A stretch of DNA of 63,986 nt, filler included, from Octopus bimaculoides (Eukaryota): the NCBI RefSeq assembly GCF_001194135.2. It is 6 parts of 6 records of this genome, joined end to end, with 100 filler letters (N's around TTAATTAATTAA, not from the genome) between each part and the next. Parts side by side here need not be neighbours in the genome. Positions count along the whole stretch, not along the records: positions 62,987 to 63,986 come from NW_026372386.1; 5 more parts are not named here. The stretch is one strand, 5' to 3'. Numbering within the stretch: the first letter of the stretch is position 1; each line of letters begins with the position of its first letter. Below the pieces are notes generated by a model. That model was given only the letters and a program-made list of their open reading frames with translations. It was not told where the DNA came from and did no database searches. A program made the translations under genes and the position numbers. Shown here piece after piece: positions 63,691 through 63,986 of this stretch.

Positions 63691-63986
63691 CCTTTTTTGC
63701 AATGCATATATATTAAAACAAATAAATTGTATAGTTATTCAAAAGTAATTACATACGTGAGATCTTTGAATACGAAAATTTGGATTAAAAAGAGAAATTC
63801 CGTTTTGTAATAAACTAATTTGTGCGGGTGTATGGATGGATGCCTGGATTATCTTTATGTATGTGTGTCAGTATGTGTATATATGGATGTATCTGTGTAT
63901 ACATCGGTGCATATGTATATATACGCAATTGTATACACCTACCTACCTACCTACCCATCTATCTATCTATCTATCTATCTATCTAT

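Overview
AT-rich, microsatellite-dense eukaryotic DNA. The SINE, RTE, Penelope and R4-like repeat families point to a cephalopod, most likely Octopus (inference from repeat recognition). Five 100-bp artificial spacers (44 N + TTAATTAATTAA + 44 N) divide the window into six joined pieces, so order and orientation across them are unproven. Only two host exons are well supported: a KIF17/OSM-3 (kinesin-2) stalk exon at 849-1005 (+) and a 155-bp SLC22-type organic cation transporter exon at 58750-58904 (-). Most of the rest is decayed transposons: RTE, CR1-like and R4/Dong-like LINEs, Penelope-like elements, two full-length mariners, a Tc1 fragment, a piggyBac-type MITE, a Helentron-like HINE and more than 25 tRNA-derived SINE copies of three families. 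No CRISPR, rRNA or intact tRNA gene was found. I see no clearly new biological system. The best leads are three unrelated, unbulged 55-68 nt hairpins in the presumed KIF17 intron, R4-like elements tied to (CATA)n microsatellites, a 66-bp hairpin-bearing tandem array in an RTE 3' UTR, and a dense SINE cluster with inverted pairs. Repeat boundaries are approximate (about 10-30 bp) unless TIRs or TSDs are cited.
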